The translations under genes were made by a program, and so were the position numbers. DNA of 22,416 nucleotides. Origin: Vitrella brassicaformis CCMP3155. Taxonomy: Eukaryota > Protista > Chromerida. Within the stretch, counting starts at the first letter, position 1, and each line of letters opens with the position of its first letter. The notes beneath the pieces were generated by a model that was not told the DNA's origin, made no database searches, and saw nothing but the letters and a program-made list of their open reading frames with translations. This document shows positions 1-11,100 of this stretch, one piece after another. Where the stretch lies: the NCBI GenBank assembly GCA_001179505.1, contig CDMY01000771.1:1-22416 (forward strand), read 5' to 3'.

Positions 1-504
1 CAAGTCGACACGTGCATGCGCAGGTGTGTGCAACACAGAGATTCATCATACGCGCACACTCCAAGTCGACACGTGCATGCGCAGGTGTGCGCACACAGAC
101 ATCGGTCAGATACACACACTCCAAGTCGACACGTGCATGCGCAGGGGTGCGCACAACACAGACATTCATCATACGCGCACAGTCCAAGTCGACACGTGCA
201 TGCGCACGTATGCGCACACAGACGTTGGTCACATACACCCTCTCGAAGTCGACACGTGCATGCGCAGGTGTGCGCATGCAGACATTGATCATACGCGCAC
301 ACTCCAAGTCGACACGTGCATGCGCACGTGTGTGTACAGAGACATTGGTCAGATACACACACTCCAAGTCGACACGTGCATGCGCAGGTGTGCGCACAAC
401 ACAGAGATTCATCATACGCGCACACTCCAAGTCGACACGTGCATGCGCAGGTGTGCGCATGCAGACATTCATCATACGCGCACAGTCCAAGTCGACACGT
501 GCAT
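1..504 (+). repeat. ~60-bp minisatellite array A (~8.3 units, runs off the window start)
   Basis: The core (C/G)AAGTCGACACGTGCAT recurs at 1, 62, 122, 185, 245, 305, 365, 428 and 488 (spacing 60-63 bp). Confidence 0.97.
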
Positions 505-1881
505 ACATAAGTGCCTTGCTGCACTGCGCCATAGCATCGTATTCTGACTCACATGTACCCTGTGCAGCAGTGTGCTGGACGCGGCTCCGCCACATGACAG
601 GGCCGCCACCCATGAACACTACATAACCATCAGTCGACTTTGCTCCTGGCTGGTCAGTCAGTGACGCATCAGCATAGCCATCCAGATTGAAAAGAACCAT
701 ACACATGTCATCCACATCCATCGTGTCCCATTCACCGCCAGAGAAAGTGATGCCGAGCTCCCGTGTCCCCTTGATGTAACGTAACACATGATGACACGCA
801 TGTACATGAACAAGTGTGGGTGCATCCAACACACGAGACAGCACGGAACACGCAAAGGACAGATCAGGTCTACATGTAGATGCAGCGTACTGCAGGTGGC
901 CGACTACTGATCTACATGGGAAGTCAGCTATTTTCGCTAGCTCCCTCTCTGAATACTGATCACTACGCACATTGAAGTTGGGGCCGATAGGTAGAGGGCA
1001 ATCGGCCGGCGAACAGTCAGTCATATTGAAGTTCGCTAACACAGCATCCATGTATTTAGCCAGATGGAGTGTGAGCTGGCCATTCTGTCTATCTCGACTG
1101 ACTGACATACCCAAAAACGTACTTACATCACCCAGATCCTCGACTACAAGTCGTTCATTCAGTCTGTCTTGCAGCCACGCATACCCCTCACTCGTCGATG
1201 CAACTACCATATCATCTACATAGCGTGCGAGCAAAATGCCGAGAGACCCCTGGTATTACAGACACGTCTCATTACGATAAGATAGGAAGCCTAGTTCAGA
1301 CAAATACGAATCAATATGCACGTGCCATGCACGAGGTGCACCGGGCAGACCATACAGTGCCCGTTGCAGCTCCATTACACATCCATCTACGCGATAGCCG
1401 TCAGGAAACTCACACCATACAGGCTCATGCAAAGGAGAGTAAAGAAAAGCTGTCTCTACATCCATGTGCTTCAGGTCAAGGTCCATCGCATTGGCTGTGC
1501 TGGCTACGACACGAAACGCATCGAAGCTGAGTGTGGGTGAGAATGTCGGGCCTTTCTCTTGCCATGGTTGCTCAAAACCACGCACCACTATCCTAGCCTT
1601 GAACTTGTGTGCCCGTCCGTACAGCAAACACCCACCCATTTGATAGACAGGACCTGACCTCTGGCTGAGCTACGAGACACTGTCTTGTACACATCCTTTG
1701 CACGTACACTATTCATCTCACGATCCATTGCCTCCTCCCATCTATGTCTCAGTGGACTTTTCATTGCCTGTGCATATGTCTTGGGCCCGCACAAAAGCCG
1801 CGCGTGCGCCAAGTCACGTCTCAACTCCTCATCAATCACAGCAGGCATGGCAATCAGACACATCAGTGAGTGGATGCACAC
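505..1881 (-). pseudogene. pol: Ty1/Copia reverse transcriptase plus N-terminal RNase H, disrupted
   Basis: Manual minus-strand translation gives PKTYAQAM..RWEEAMDREMNS..IKWV, FKARIVVRGFEQ, HMDVETAFLY, LQRALYGL..APRAW, ARYVDDMV (1211-1222), CRSVVGHLQYAASTCRPDLSFA, VLRYIKGT. It then gives the RNase H motifs GYADAS (662-679), KSTDGYV and WRSRVQHTAAQGTCESEY. Frameshift near 1600-1640; in-frame TAA at 1256-1258; cut by array A at ~504. Confidence 0.95.
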
Positions 1882-4219
1882 TCATTCCAAGTACACATAC
1901 GACACAACACGCACATGCACGCACATGTACATTCATGCACCCCTCTGTCTCCCACTCTATCCATACGTCCGCCCCTGCATCACCACCATATCTCTTCTGC
2001 GGCGACTTCCCCAGTCGCTCTCGGATGCGGTCGTTGATCTTCTCCTGCCACTCGCGCTGAGCATGCTGCCTGCGGAGGATGGTGTTGCCGTGCAGCTGCG
2101 GGGCCCTCTTGCTGATGTACTCCTGCAAGGTGGGCATCTTGCTCTCCTCCTCTGCTCTGACGATGTTGACCTGCCGCTGGAGGCACTTGGAGAAGTCGTA
2201 GTTCTCCTCACCGTCACGCTTGGGACGCCGCACATCCCGCCGCAGTCCCTGCCGTCCACCCCCTCTGGTCTGCTGTCCGTCCTGTCCGTCCTGTTGCTGT
2301 GGGGGTTGCTCTTGTGGTGGTGCCTGCACGACCGCAGGTGGTGGGGAGGGTGAGGGTGAGGGTGGGTGAGAGGGTGGGTGGGGCTGCTGCTGGTCTCCTT
2401 GCTGTTGCTGCTGTGCGGGTGGTGGGGGTGGTGGGTTGGAAGACGATGCCCCGGGAGGGTTCTGCCGTGGTGGTGTGGGGGAGGGCGATGCCGTCGATGG
2501 CGTCCGACCGAATGTTGACGGGAAGGGGACGTTGATCTGCACACGCTGCTCACCCATACCGTCACGTGCCCCGCCACACCGACCCCCATGCGCCTCTCCC
2601 ACCCCTGTCCCCTGACCATTGTGTGCCCATGGGGCGGGTGTTGGGTTCTTCATGCGCTCGCGTCGCTCCTTGAAGGGGAAGCGGCTCTCGTCCACGATCA
2701 CCTCCGGTGTCTCGTACACCTTCTTGGTGTCGATGTCGAGGGCGCGATAGGTGCCCTTCATGCGCGGCGCCATGCCCAGCATCACCATCATCTTGCCCTT
2801 GGCCTGCAACCCCCTCCTGATCTCCTTCCTCTGGTGCACAAACGCCGCCGAACCGAAGAGGAAGAGGCCCTTGATGCTCGCCTTCTTGCCGTAGAGGGCG
2901 TAATGGGGGGAGGTGGGTCTGCCGTCAGGGAGCCGTGCCGCCTTGGTCACGGTGATGTTGTACATCCTGACGGCATGGTCGAGGGCGTACGGCCAGTACT
3001 CCTCAGGCATCCCTGAGTCGGCCATGATGGACGTCATCAGCGCCATGAGTATGCCGACCTTGTGCTCGACGACGCCGCCTTGGTTCCTGTGGTATGGGGC
3101 GTTGAACTGCTGGCGGATGCGGTGCTCGATGCAGTACTGCTCCAGCTTGCCGTACCGGAACTCTTTGGCACCGTCGCTCCGCAGCGTCTTGATCTTGCCC
3201 ATGGCCTGCTCGTAGCAGCCCACACACTCAGTGACCTTGTTGCGCGACGGGACGGCGAAGGCACAGATGTGGCGGGTCTTGTCGTCGGTCATGAAGAACC
3301 CCGTGTCGCCCTCGACTGACGCCACCTTCATCGGCTTGTGGTCGAGGTGGACGAGGTCGAAGGCCTCCTTCGCCCGTGTCCCTGGCTCCCTACAGACGTT
3401 CTTGAGCCGCATCTTGCCCGCCACGCAGCCCTCGCACACGCACCCGTCCTCTGGTGGCTTGATGTCGGGCATGCCGTCGACGAACTCCTGTGATTGGGCC
3501 AGCCGTTTGTGGCCGATATGGCACATCAGCCGGTGTGTCCGTTCGGTTGCCGCCACCTCCTCAGCTGTTGCCGTGGCTGCCAGCGATGGGGTGGTCTTGG
3601 GTGGGGGTGTTTTGGATGGGGGTGGTGTCTTGGGTGGGGGTGGGGGAGAGTTGGGGGAGGGCATGGTGGACAGGTAGTAGAGACCGCTCTCTCTGCGCAG
3701 GGGGATGGTCAGCTGGCCGAACTTGATGCACGAACGGGTTCTCTGCAGATGCGTGGTGTAGTTGTACGCTCGATCGAGGGCTCCAGCCGGCAGCAGGTTG
3801 ACGGACAAGTCGGGCACGTACAGCACATCGTGCACTCGCATCTCCACCACACGACCCTCTGCTGTCCACACGGACAGCTGGACATCACCCACCCCCTCTG
3901 CCATTGTTGTGTCCCCCGTCACCGAGCGAATCCGGTACCGTTTGGTGGGTGTGAGGTTGAGGAAGCTGCCCTTGTCGAACATGCAGTGCTTCTGTGCGCC
4001 CGAGTCCGCAATGATGCGGTTGTCCTTCTTGTCCGAGAGGGTGGCCGCCACTCGTGTCTCGATGATGGCGTCCTCCTCACTGCCGCCCGTCTCGTCGCTG
4101 ACCTCCTCCACCCTTGCGTGCGACGCCATGCTGATGCCGTGGGTCTCCTCCGTGACGTACGACTCCTCGAAGACCGGCGAGTTCTCGTCCTCGAATGTCG
4201 CGTTGGTGTGGTATGAGCG
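1832..4219 (-). mobile_element. pol: Ty1/Copia pol: aspartic protease, GAG-pre-integrase HHCC, DDE integrase, SH3-like C-terminus, Pro/Gln-rich linker
   Basis: The 810-aa ORF has IIADSGAQKH (protease, 3995-4006), HRLMCH..CEGC (Zn finger), LVHLD..RSDGAKEF..GGVVEH (D,D,E) and FLFGSAAFVH..LGM..YR..DESRFPF (Copia SH3-like). The PR-INT-RT-RH order is diagnostic of Copia. The first ~14 aa of the ORF come from array B. Confidence 0.95.
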
Positions 4220-4460
4220 ACTCCAAGTCGACACGTGTATGCGCAGGGGTGCGCACAGAGGCATTCATCATATAGACGCAGGTGTGCGCACAGAGGCATT
4301 CATGACATACACGCACTCCAAGTCCACGCGTGCATGCGCAAGTGTGCGCACAGAGGCATTCATGACATACACGCACTCCAAGTCCAGACGTGCCTTCGCA
4401 GGGATGCGCACAGAGGCATTCATCATATACACGCACTCCAAGTCCACACATGCCTGCACA
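4220..4460 (+). repeat. ~60-bp minisatellite array B (~4 units)
   Basis: CTCCAAGTC at 4221, 4316, 4376 and 4436. Local variant CACAGAGGCATTCATGACATACACGCAC. Confidence 0.95.
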
Positions 4461-4631
4461 CGGGGCTCAGCAGATATCTCTCGTAAGGAACCTCTCATCT
4501 CTGTTTTCTCTGTAAGGATCTTTCTTTCTCCGCCCTCCTAGCCTCCCGCCATGGTGCCCTCCCCTCTCTTTGTTGCGACCGTGGTTTTGCTGGGGACTCC
4601 TGGACTCGGCGTATCTGAGGTGGCCTGACTC

Positions 4632-4967
4632 GTGCCAGCGAAGAAGAGCAGCGAACAGGAGCCCCAGTCGTCTCCCTGCCCAGGTGTGTATGACTCGTCT
4701 TACATTATGTCGCGCCCCTGTGTGCACTGGCTGGCCTTGTCTGATGCAGGTGAGGTTACCCGTTTTAGCGGCACCATCGATTCCGTTTTGGGTATGAAGC
4801 GATTCGGGCCCATCACCTACTCGCAAGGAGACGTGGCGGACTTTCTCATCGTGGCGCTGGACACATTTGTGGGTGACGGGGGTCTTTCGTGTACGATGCT
4901 GACGGCGGGTGAGAAAGGGAGGGGTCATGCATGGTGGAATGACATGTGGGTATTTTTTCATGTGTAG
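4632..4967 (+). other. Coding-like orphan fragment with faint resemblance to the ubiquitin-specific protease QQDAxEFL region
   Basis: KRFGPITYSQGDVADFLIVALDTF loosely resembles the USP motif F..Y.QQDAxEFL..LLD. No Cys-box seen. Confidence 0.2.
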
Positions 4968-5911
4968 TGATGTTTTGCAGCCAGATAGACGAGAACTTTT
5001 CCTCTTTCTCTTTCAAAGAGAGTGACACAAGACACAATTACGAAAACGCGGTGAAAGTCGAAACAGCAGATTTCGCGAAGACGATGGCGTTCTTGTTGAA
5101 GTGATCTGCCTCGCGAAGACGTGCGCATTCGTAAGAAACTCCACGGACGGACGGATGCATCACATTTCACTTCATCCACACATATTCACGTGTGGCTATT
5201 TTCTTTCCTTCTTTAAGGAGCTGATCGCGTTCGAGCATACTGGATTCTGTGAACCTTAGCTGGAAGCTGGCGAGACCATCACAGGTACCACTAAGGAAAG
5301 GAAGACATCTGCCGATCTGTAATGACTGGCTCCTTTGGTTCTACGCACAGGGGTGTGCACGTGATCGCTTCATTCGTGCCCACGCTGTGTGTCCCTTAAT
5401 CGGCTCAAAGGAGGAACAACAAAGAGGAGCCAACCGCCAAGACGTTGAACACCAAGACAAGCAAGGGAAAAATCCTGAAGTTGGACAAACCGAAGAAAGG
5501 TGAGTCTTTGTCAAAAGAAATGCAGTGATCAATCATTCATGTCACCCACTATACGTATTCCATCCGTGATATAGCAACATCTGCTCGCCGAGAGGTAGAA
5601 GGCTTGTTCGGCTGCCCCCTTCTTAGCGCGCTTCTCGAGGACAGTACAGCGACACCTCCTATGCAGAGCATCGTCCAGGTAGACGAAACAGGACGGACAC
5701 CTGAACAGGACTTGCGATTTGTATGATGTCATTATCGTTTGATCAGAGTGGCACTGAGCAACAAATTGTGATCGACCTGCTATTCCTTGCCCAGAGCCAG
5801 ATCGGGATCTCTCAAGTGGTGATCGCTGCCACTCCCTTCAAGTGCACGAAGCATGAATGAATGCCTACTCAGCAAGATGCAGGGCTTCAAACGTGTGTTT
5901 GGATGACGCAG

Positions 5912-6583
5912 GGTAACGCCAACCTCCGCGTCACCGTTGATGGGTAGGCATTTATTCATGATTCCAACTCTTACGTATGCTATATGTATGCTTGAATGTC
6001 TGCAGCGAGGAGTGTCCGGATGATCCGGAGGTTTGCCCCAGGGCTACTTCTGCGAATCCTTCGGATACTCCCGAGCTAGACGTCGCTGATACCGTATATG
6101 AAGACGCGGTTGTCGTGAGCACCAGTGCAGGTGAAAGACTAGATGTGTTCGTCACCCCAGCAGACAACCCAGACGGCGAGCCCCAAGACGCCATCGTGGT
6201 ACGCATGCATTGCAGGCAGTCCTGCGTCCACATACAAGTTCTTGTATTTGTATGTGTGTGGGCGATGCAGGAGATCATTGTCTTGAGCTACAATGGGTGC
6301 AGATCGATAACGTTCCCGTAGAGCAAGTGCCCTTCGGCCCCCCTCCTGTCGACAAGTATGCTCATCAGTCTAAAGTGATCCATCCCAAGTATGCACACAC
6401 ACTTGCATCTTATCACGTTGTGTCGACAGCGCTGGCGCTCACGATGTGGATCCAGCCGATGTGCATGATGGTGGCAATGGTGCTGATGCAGGGGATGGTG
6501 GCGACGCGGGGGATGGGGGCGACAGTGGCGATGGTGGTGATGCGGGGGATGGCGGCAATACGGGGGGAGAGCTCGAGCGCTGA
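5912..6583 (+). CDS. 3' exons of a multi-exon gene for an acidic protein with a C-terminal (DGGDAG)n repeat; function unknown
   Basis: Phase-consistent GT-AG exons 5912-5943, 6006-6198, 6303-6355 and 6430-6583 give GNANLRVTVDGEECPDDPEVC...DAIVIDNVPVEQVPFGPPPVDNAGAHDVDPADVHDGGNGADAGDGGDAGDGGDSGDGGDAGDGGNTGGELER*. Further upstream exons are likely at ~5400-5840. Confidence 0.6.
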
Positions 6584-6837
6584 TGCGAAACAACGATCTT
6601 CATCAAGATGGGTGTGTGAGTGGAGGTACTTGTGTTCTTTCTTGATAGAAGCTGAATTGGTTTTTCTCCCGCTCCTTGATTTGCGGTCTTAGCGGCATTT
6701 TCCCCGAGGCTATTACTGTCAACGGACAGGGTGTCTCCCTTGCTGCCATGAAATGTTAGGGATTAATGGAATTATGAGTGCGACAGTTTTTCGGGTTTTT
6801 CGTCTCCGAATGGTGTGCGCGTGCTTTGCTCGATATG

Positions 6838-6880
6838 GAGTGGACGGGTTGGCCTGTTCAATGGGCCAGCCCGTCCACTC
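6838..6880. repeat. 17-bp inverted repeat / hairpin with a 9-nt loop
   Basis: GAGTGGACGGGTTGGCC-tgttcaatg-GGCCAGCCCGTCCACTC, with one T:G mismatch. Confidence 0.9.
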
Positions 6881-7475
6881 TAAAAAGTTTAGCTGGACTG
6901 CATGTGTGACACCATGTGTGGGTAGTGTGAGTCTCGTTCCTTCTCCCATCTTCTGACTGCCTGTGTGCACCGAGTGGGCTGACTTGGTTGCTGGCTGTGT
7001 GACTCACTGATTTGTGTTAGAACATTCGATATATACATTAAGTCAGATCGCAATCAACCTTCATTTCTCGCTATCAAACACACGATTTCATCAGTTGGTT
7101 CCTCCGCTTAGGCAATTTTCTCTTTTGACTATATAGTGGGGAGCCGTATATCACATTTTCGAGCTGAAACGGTTTCTTCTGGGACTGACGGCATCTGCAT
7201 TAGAACGACATAATGAAAGCTTCATTTTGCACTATCTGTGGTTCGGTGACTATTGTCGTCTCGTGTGCACGACTTGTGGCTCGACGAAGTAGTGGATATG
7301 CTCAGCCGCCCATCACAATACGCCAGAAGATAAAGAGAATAGCTCAGCTTCTCATTGATTTTGCATTGTGAAGGCACGTTCGACCTGCGTCTGCATCTGC
7401 GTAGGCCACAGACTCACAGAGCAATTACATATAAGTATCTTTGCACTGATTGATTTATCGTATTGCGTTCGCAAG

Positions 7476-8225
7476 ATATCGATATCTCTGCGCTAAGCCT
7501 GTTGACGAGCAAGTGCATTCTCTGCAGCAGCTCAGGAATGAGGCCATCACAGCCGCGGAGAATATGTACGAGATGAAAGGGGAGATGGCCAAGGCGCATG
7601 GGAGCTTTAATATCTTCGTCAGGGACTGTTCCACACACAGTGAGAGAAAACATAGACTGTTTTGTCTGATTGTCTGATTGTTTATTGTGTGTGTCTGTCT
7701 GTCTGTCTGTCTGTCTGTGAGTCCTGAAGAGAGCGCGGTGTCCCTGAACGTCGGGCGGGACGAGTCGGTGTGGGCTGTCAAGGCAAAGCTGCAGCACAAA
7801 GAGGGCATCCCCGCCAGCAAACAGACTCTTACCCACCAATCGACAAAAATGGACAACAACCGCACACTGGCTGCCTACAATGTTCGGAAAGAGGCAACTC
7901 TGCATCTGTATTTTTCGTGAGGACAGAACAATGCAGACAATAGATATCATACCCGATCGTGCATCCTGGCTGTTGGTGCATGTCTTGCAGTGTCCGTGCG
8001 GGCACTCTTGATGCCACCAGTGGCCGTCATGATTTCGAAGCAAGCACCGATGTGTCGGTCAACCAGCTGTCGATGCTAACAGGTATGGATGAAAATGGTG
8101 CCACGCTGGTCGAAGCCTAGGATGGCAAGAAAAAGGTACTCAAGCTGGTCGGCGAGGTGACAAAGGCCTTTGAAGACATGGCAATGCTCACCAATATCCT
8201 ACTCACCAGGCTCCGCCAAACCTGA
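7476..8225 (+). CDS. Ubiquitin-like (Ubl) domain protein, multi-exon, possibly pseudogenised
   Basis: Exons 7476-7639, 7730-7916 and 7991 onward give FNIFVRDCSTHKSAVSLNVGRDESVWAVKAKLQHKEGIPASKQTLTHQSTKMDNNRTLAAYNVRKEATLHLYFSVRAGTLDATSGRHDF. This aligns with ubiquitin (IFVK..VKAKIQDKEGIP..RTLSDYNIQKESTLHL). In-frame TAG at 8118-8120, with the frame open to TGA 8223-8225. Confidence 0.85.
7692..7716 (+). repeat. (GTCT)n intronic microsatellite
   Basis: Directly visible. Similar (CA)n tracts lie at ~12872-12896, ~16858-16881 and ~20638-20682, and (GA)n at ~12327-12346. Confidence 0.9.
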
Positions 8226-8409
8226 TCATGCAAAATACAAGCAGACAAGACAGCAACACAACCCTCTCACTGCATACACAAGCCTGCATCATGTGTATGT
8301 ACGTGTGTGTGCAGTTTGGCGATAGAGACACGTAGCGAAACAGACACACGTTGAGCTTTCGTCTGCACGTATCAGGCACACACTCATGTATAAGTCAATG
8401 AGGCACAAA

Positions 8410-9071
8410 CTAACACGCAAATACGACAGAGTGGGACGGAAAGGGGGGGGAGGAAGACACAGCACCGATTGGCATGCTTCCGTTCACTTTCTGCGAGCTC
8501 GGCCGAAGCTCGCCACCATCCTCTTCGATCGCAAAGCGGCACCTATATGTTGCCGTCTCCCGCAGCGCTTTTGCAGATCTGCCTTCTGCCCCCTTGCATG
8601 TTGCGTGTTGCATGTTCCATGTTGCCTGTTGCGTGCTGGACAAATATGGGACCAGGCCGTCGGGCCGCCTAGGGCATGTCGTGAAATCGCTGCCGCAGCT
8701 CATTTGGTAAGCGAGGAGGCGGTCACAAACTACCGAGGTCCCTGACTTGAGGCGCAGCATCGTGCTGACTAGAACAGTCATCGACATAATTCCCCCGCTC
8801 TGGTTTCGAATTCTTACTGGCGGCAAAGTGGATCTGCATTCCTTTGTTCGTTCTCCTTTAACGGCACTATCTGCGTCTGAGCGCTCACGGCGCTTTCGCG
8901 TGATGCCCTAGGTTTGAGTCTTTCATCGATCGTAAATTCGACCTCCAGACGACCCGAATCCTCGCTTCCATACAATTGCGGGCTCAGCAAATCCGAGAAA
9001 TGGTCCCCGTGCAGTCCTATGGAAGTGCTTGCATTGAGTAAGGACAACATGTGCGCTGGAGTATTAAGCAA
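8410..9071 (-). CDS. Possible exons of an unidentified minus-strand gene
   Basis: Coding-like stretches (SVVCDRLLAYQMSCGSDF..., RSAKALRETATYRCRFAIEEDGGELRPSSQK|gtgaac) separated by intron-like sequence. No recognisable motif. Confidence 0.25.
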
Positions 9072-9262
9072 GGGATGATGAATATGGCATATTTCTATCT
9101 GTAGATTGTATGACCATGGATACTACGCCACAGGGCTATAGGGTCATCCCGGGACCTCGTTCATTCATTCATTACACCTCTTCTCCACTATTCCCCCCGC
9201 TCCCCTTCCCCGCTCCCCTGAAAGAAGGAGAGTCGTATTACACTCTCGAGCATTCATCCCTC

Positions 9263-9374
9263 TGTGCCATTGGGTTCTGGGCTTGCAGCCTTCGAACTTA
9301 GGCCGCTGTGCCATTGCCTTCGAACTTACGCCGCTATGCCATTGGGTCCTGGGCCTACACCTTCGAACTGGGGC
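9263..9374 (+). repeat. Three imperfect tandem copies of a 28-44-bp unit
   Basis: T(G/A)TGCCATTG...CCTTCGAACT at 9263, 9307 and 9335. Confidence 0.8.
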
Positions 9375-9734
9375 TGACTTTATGCCCTGCCACCTCCCAT
9401 CGCTGCACCTCTAGATCTCGAGAGAAGAAATGTAGCTGTATCGTGCTCCGCCTATCGTTCGTCCCTCTGTACCAAAAAGGTTGTGAACTTGCCGCCCTGG
9501 GAGTTTGACTCCTTTGAGCTTATGCTCTCGTCTCGCTTGGGGCCTTTTCTTTATTCGGCAGCGTCTATATCGAGGTCTTCATTTAAGTCTGTCTCTCACC
9601 CTTGGCCATCGCTATTTGGTTCTGCATGCATAGATGTGCATTGCGGATATTTGCTCGAAGACTCAGCGCTTCGCAGTTTGCCTTCTTCCACCATCTGAGG
9701 GAGGGTTTTCATTGCATACGCCAACCAACTATAG

Positions 9735-10020
9735 GCTTGCGCAGGCGTGCTCACAGAGACATTCATTGTACACAGCAACTACAAGCGTGCACAGGCGAGT
9801 AGATAGAAAATACGTTCATCGCACACACCAGCCAATACAAGGGTGTGCAAGTGTGCGGACAAAGCCCTTCATTATACACATCGGCCAACTACAGGTGTGC
9901 GCAGGTGAACGCACAAACATATTCATTTCACACATGAACCAACTGCAGGCGCGTCTCCTCACACACAAGCGTCGAATTGCAGACGTATGTGAGATAAATA
10001 CCTCTGCGTACACAAGCGCA
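9735..10020 (+). repeat. Diverged ~54-bp relative of the 60-bp minisatellite (array C)
   Basis: CAACTAC-like anchors near 9776, 9833, 9886 and 9940. It shares the GCGCAGGTG..GCACA..ACATTCAT..ACAC modules but lacks CCAAGTCGAC. Confidence 0.75.
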
Positions 10021-10037
10021 TCCACGCGACTTGAAGG

Positions 10038-11100
10038 GTGTGTATTGCGTGGGCTGGCCGTGTGTTGGTGGGGGCGGTGGCTGGCCCGGATACTTCGCTT
10101 GTGGTGGTTGCTGGGCGAACTGAGACGGGTGTGTCGGCGCAGTGCTACTCTGCATCATCGGCGCACCTCGCTGCTGCTGTCGGCTTGTCGATCCATAGGG
10201 CGTCTGTCTCAGCCCCGGCGGGATCGTCGTCTGCTTCGGTATGCCCTGATGCGGCACCTGCTGCTGCTGACCCATTCCTTGATTCCGCATACCTTGGTTC
10301 GGCTGGTTCTGTCCATCAAACCCAGAACGTGACGGTGCCCACCAAAGCGGTCTCCTTGGTGCACGCATATGGTGATGATTGCGGCGTCGCGGCGACCAGT
10401 GGGTGCCCTTGTGTCGTGCCGCCTGCCTGGGGGGCGATGTTCTGTTGTTGGTGCGGTACGGCATTCTGCTGCTGACGTGACGGATCTTGCGCGGCTTGCG
10501 TATCCCCCCCATGCCCAAGAGAAGACGCTACTCCCGTCTGCGGTTGTATGGTTTGCGGGAGCGGGATGGGCGGCATCACCAGACGAGTCAGCCAACCATC
10601 ATCATCAATGCTAACCCAACCCGCCTCCAGAGCGTCCGCCTTCTGTCCGGCGATCCTGTCCGCGACAACTTCCGGGTCGGATTCGGCGAATCGCTCCACG
10701 ATGCACTTAACCTCTACCGCGGCGCGCAACGGGTCCTGCAGCATCGCCGGGGTGAGTGTCACCCACCACGACGGATAGGTGTCGATCGCGCGCCCGTACG
10801 CATCGCGGCCGGTCGGGAAGAGGCGGAATTTGAGCTCGGCGTATGAGCCATCCATGCCCACGGGAATAACGGTATAATATCTATCGCGACGCAGGCGGCT
10901 CGCGTCAGTGGTCGCACGGGGCTCAGATTCAGGTAAGTGAACCTGCGCGCCTGACGCTTCCCTCTGGGCTTGCAGGGCGGCATCATCCCTCTCTGAGTGC
11001 TCCTGCAGCGCCTGGTGGACGGCACAGTCGGCGGCGTCATACAGGTCTTGCGCCGACTCATCTCGGTGTGCAGCATGACGGGTGAATGCATGATCTCTAC
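10038..11100 (-). CDS. Largely intronless orphan ORF fragment with a Gln/Pro-rich tail; 5' end truncated at array D
   Basis: The 264-aa ORF 10316-11110 has a globular-looking core (RYYTVIPVGMDGSYAELKFRLFPTGRD...GWVSIDDDGWLTRLVMPP). A Q/P-rich continuation lies in another frame (9928-10330). Family not recognised. Confidence 0.5.

Noticed and set aside
1-504. CRISPR array interpretation of the ~60-bp periodic repeats
   Set aside because: The whole unit is repeated with only point or module variation and there are no unique spacers. No cas genes are present and the context is eukaryotic with introns.
504-4460. Arrays A and B as the Copia LTRs
   Set aside because: There are no TG...CA termini, PBS or PPT. 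The arrays cut inside coding domains and occur elsewhere without Copia sequence.
1685-4541. Plus-strand ORFs (1685-2353, 2588-3016, 3231-3677, 3494-4216, 3762-4541)
   Set aside because: They are antisense shadows of the GC-rich Copia pol ORF and show no motifs.
9285-9370. TTCGAAC as a tRNA T-loop / Pol III B-box
   Set aside because: It does not match GTTCRANNC and no cloverleaf stems can be built.
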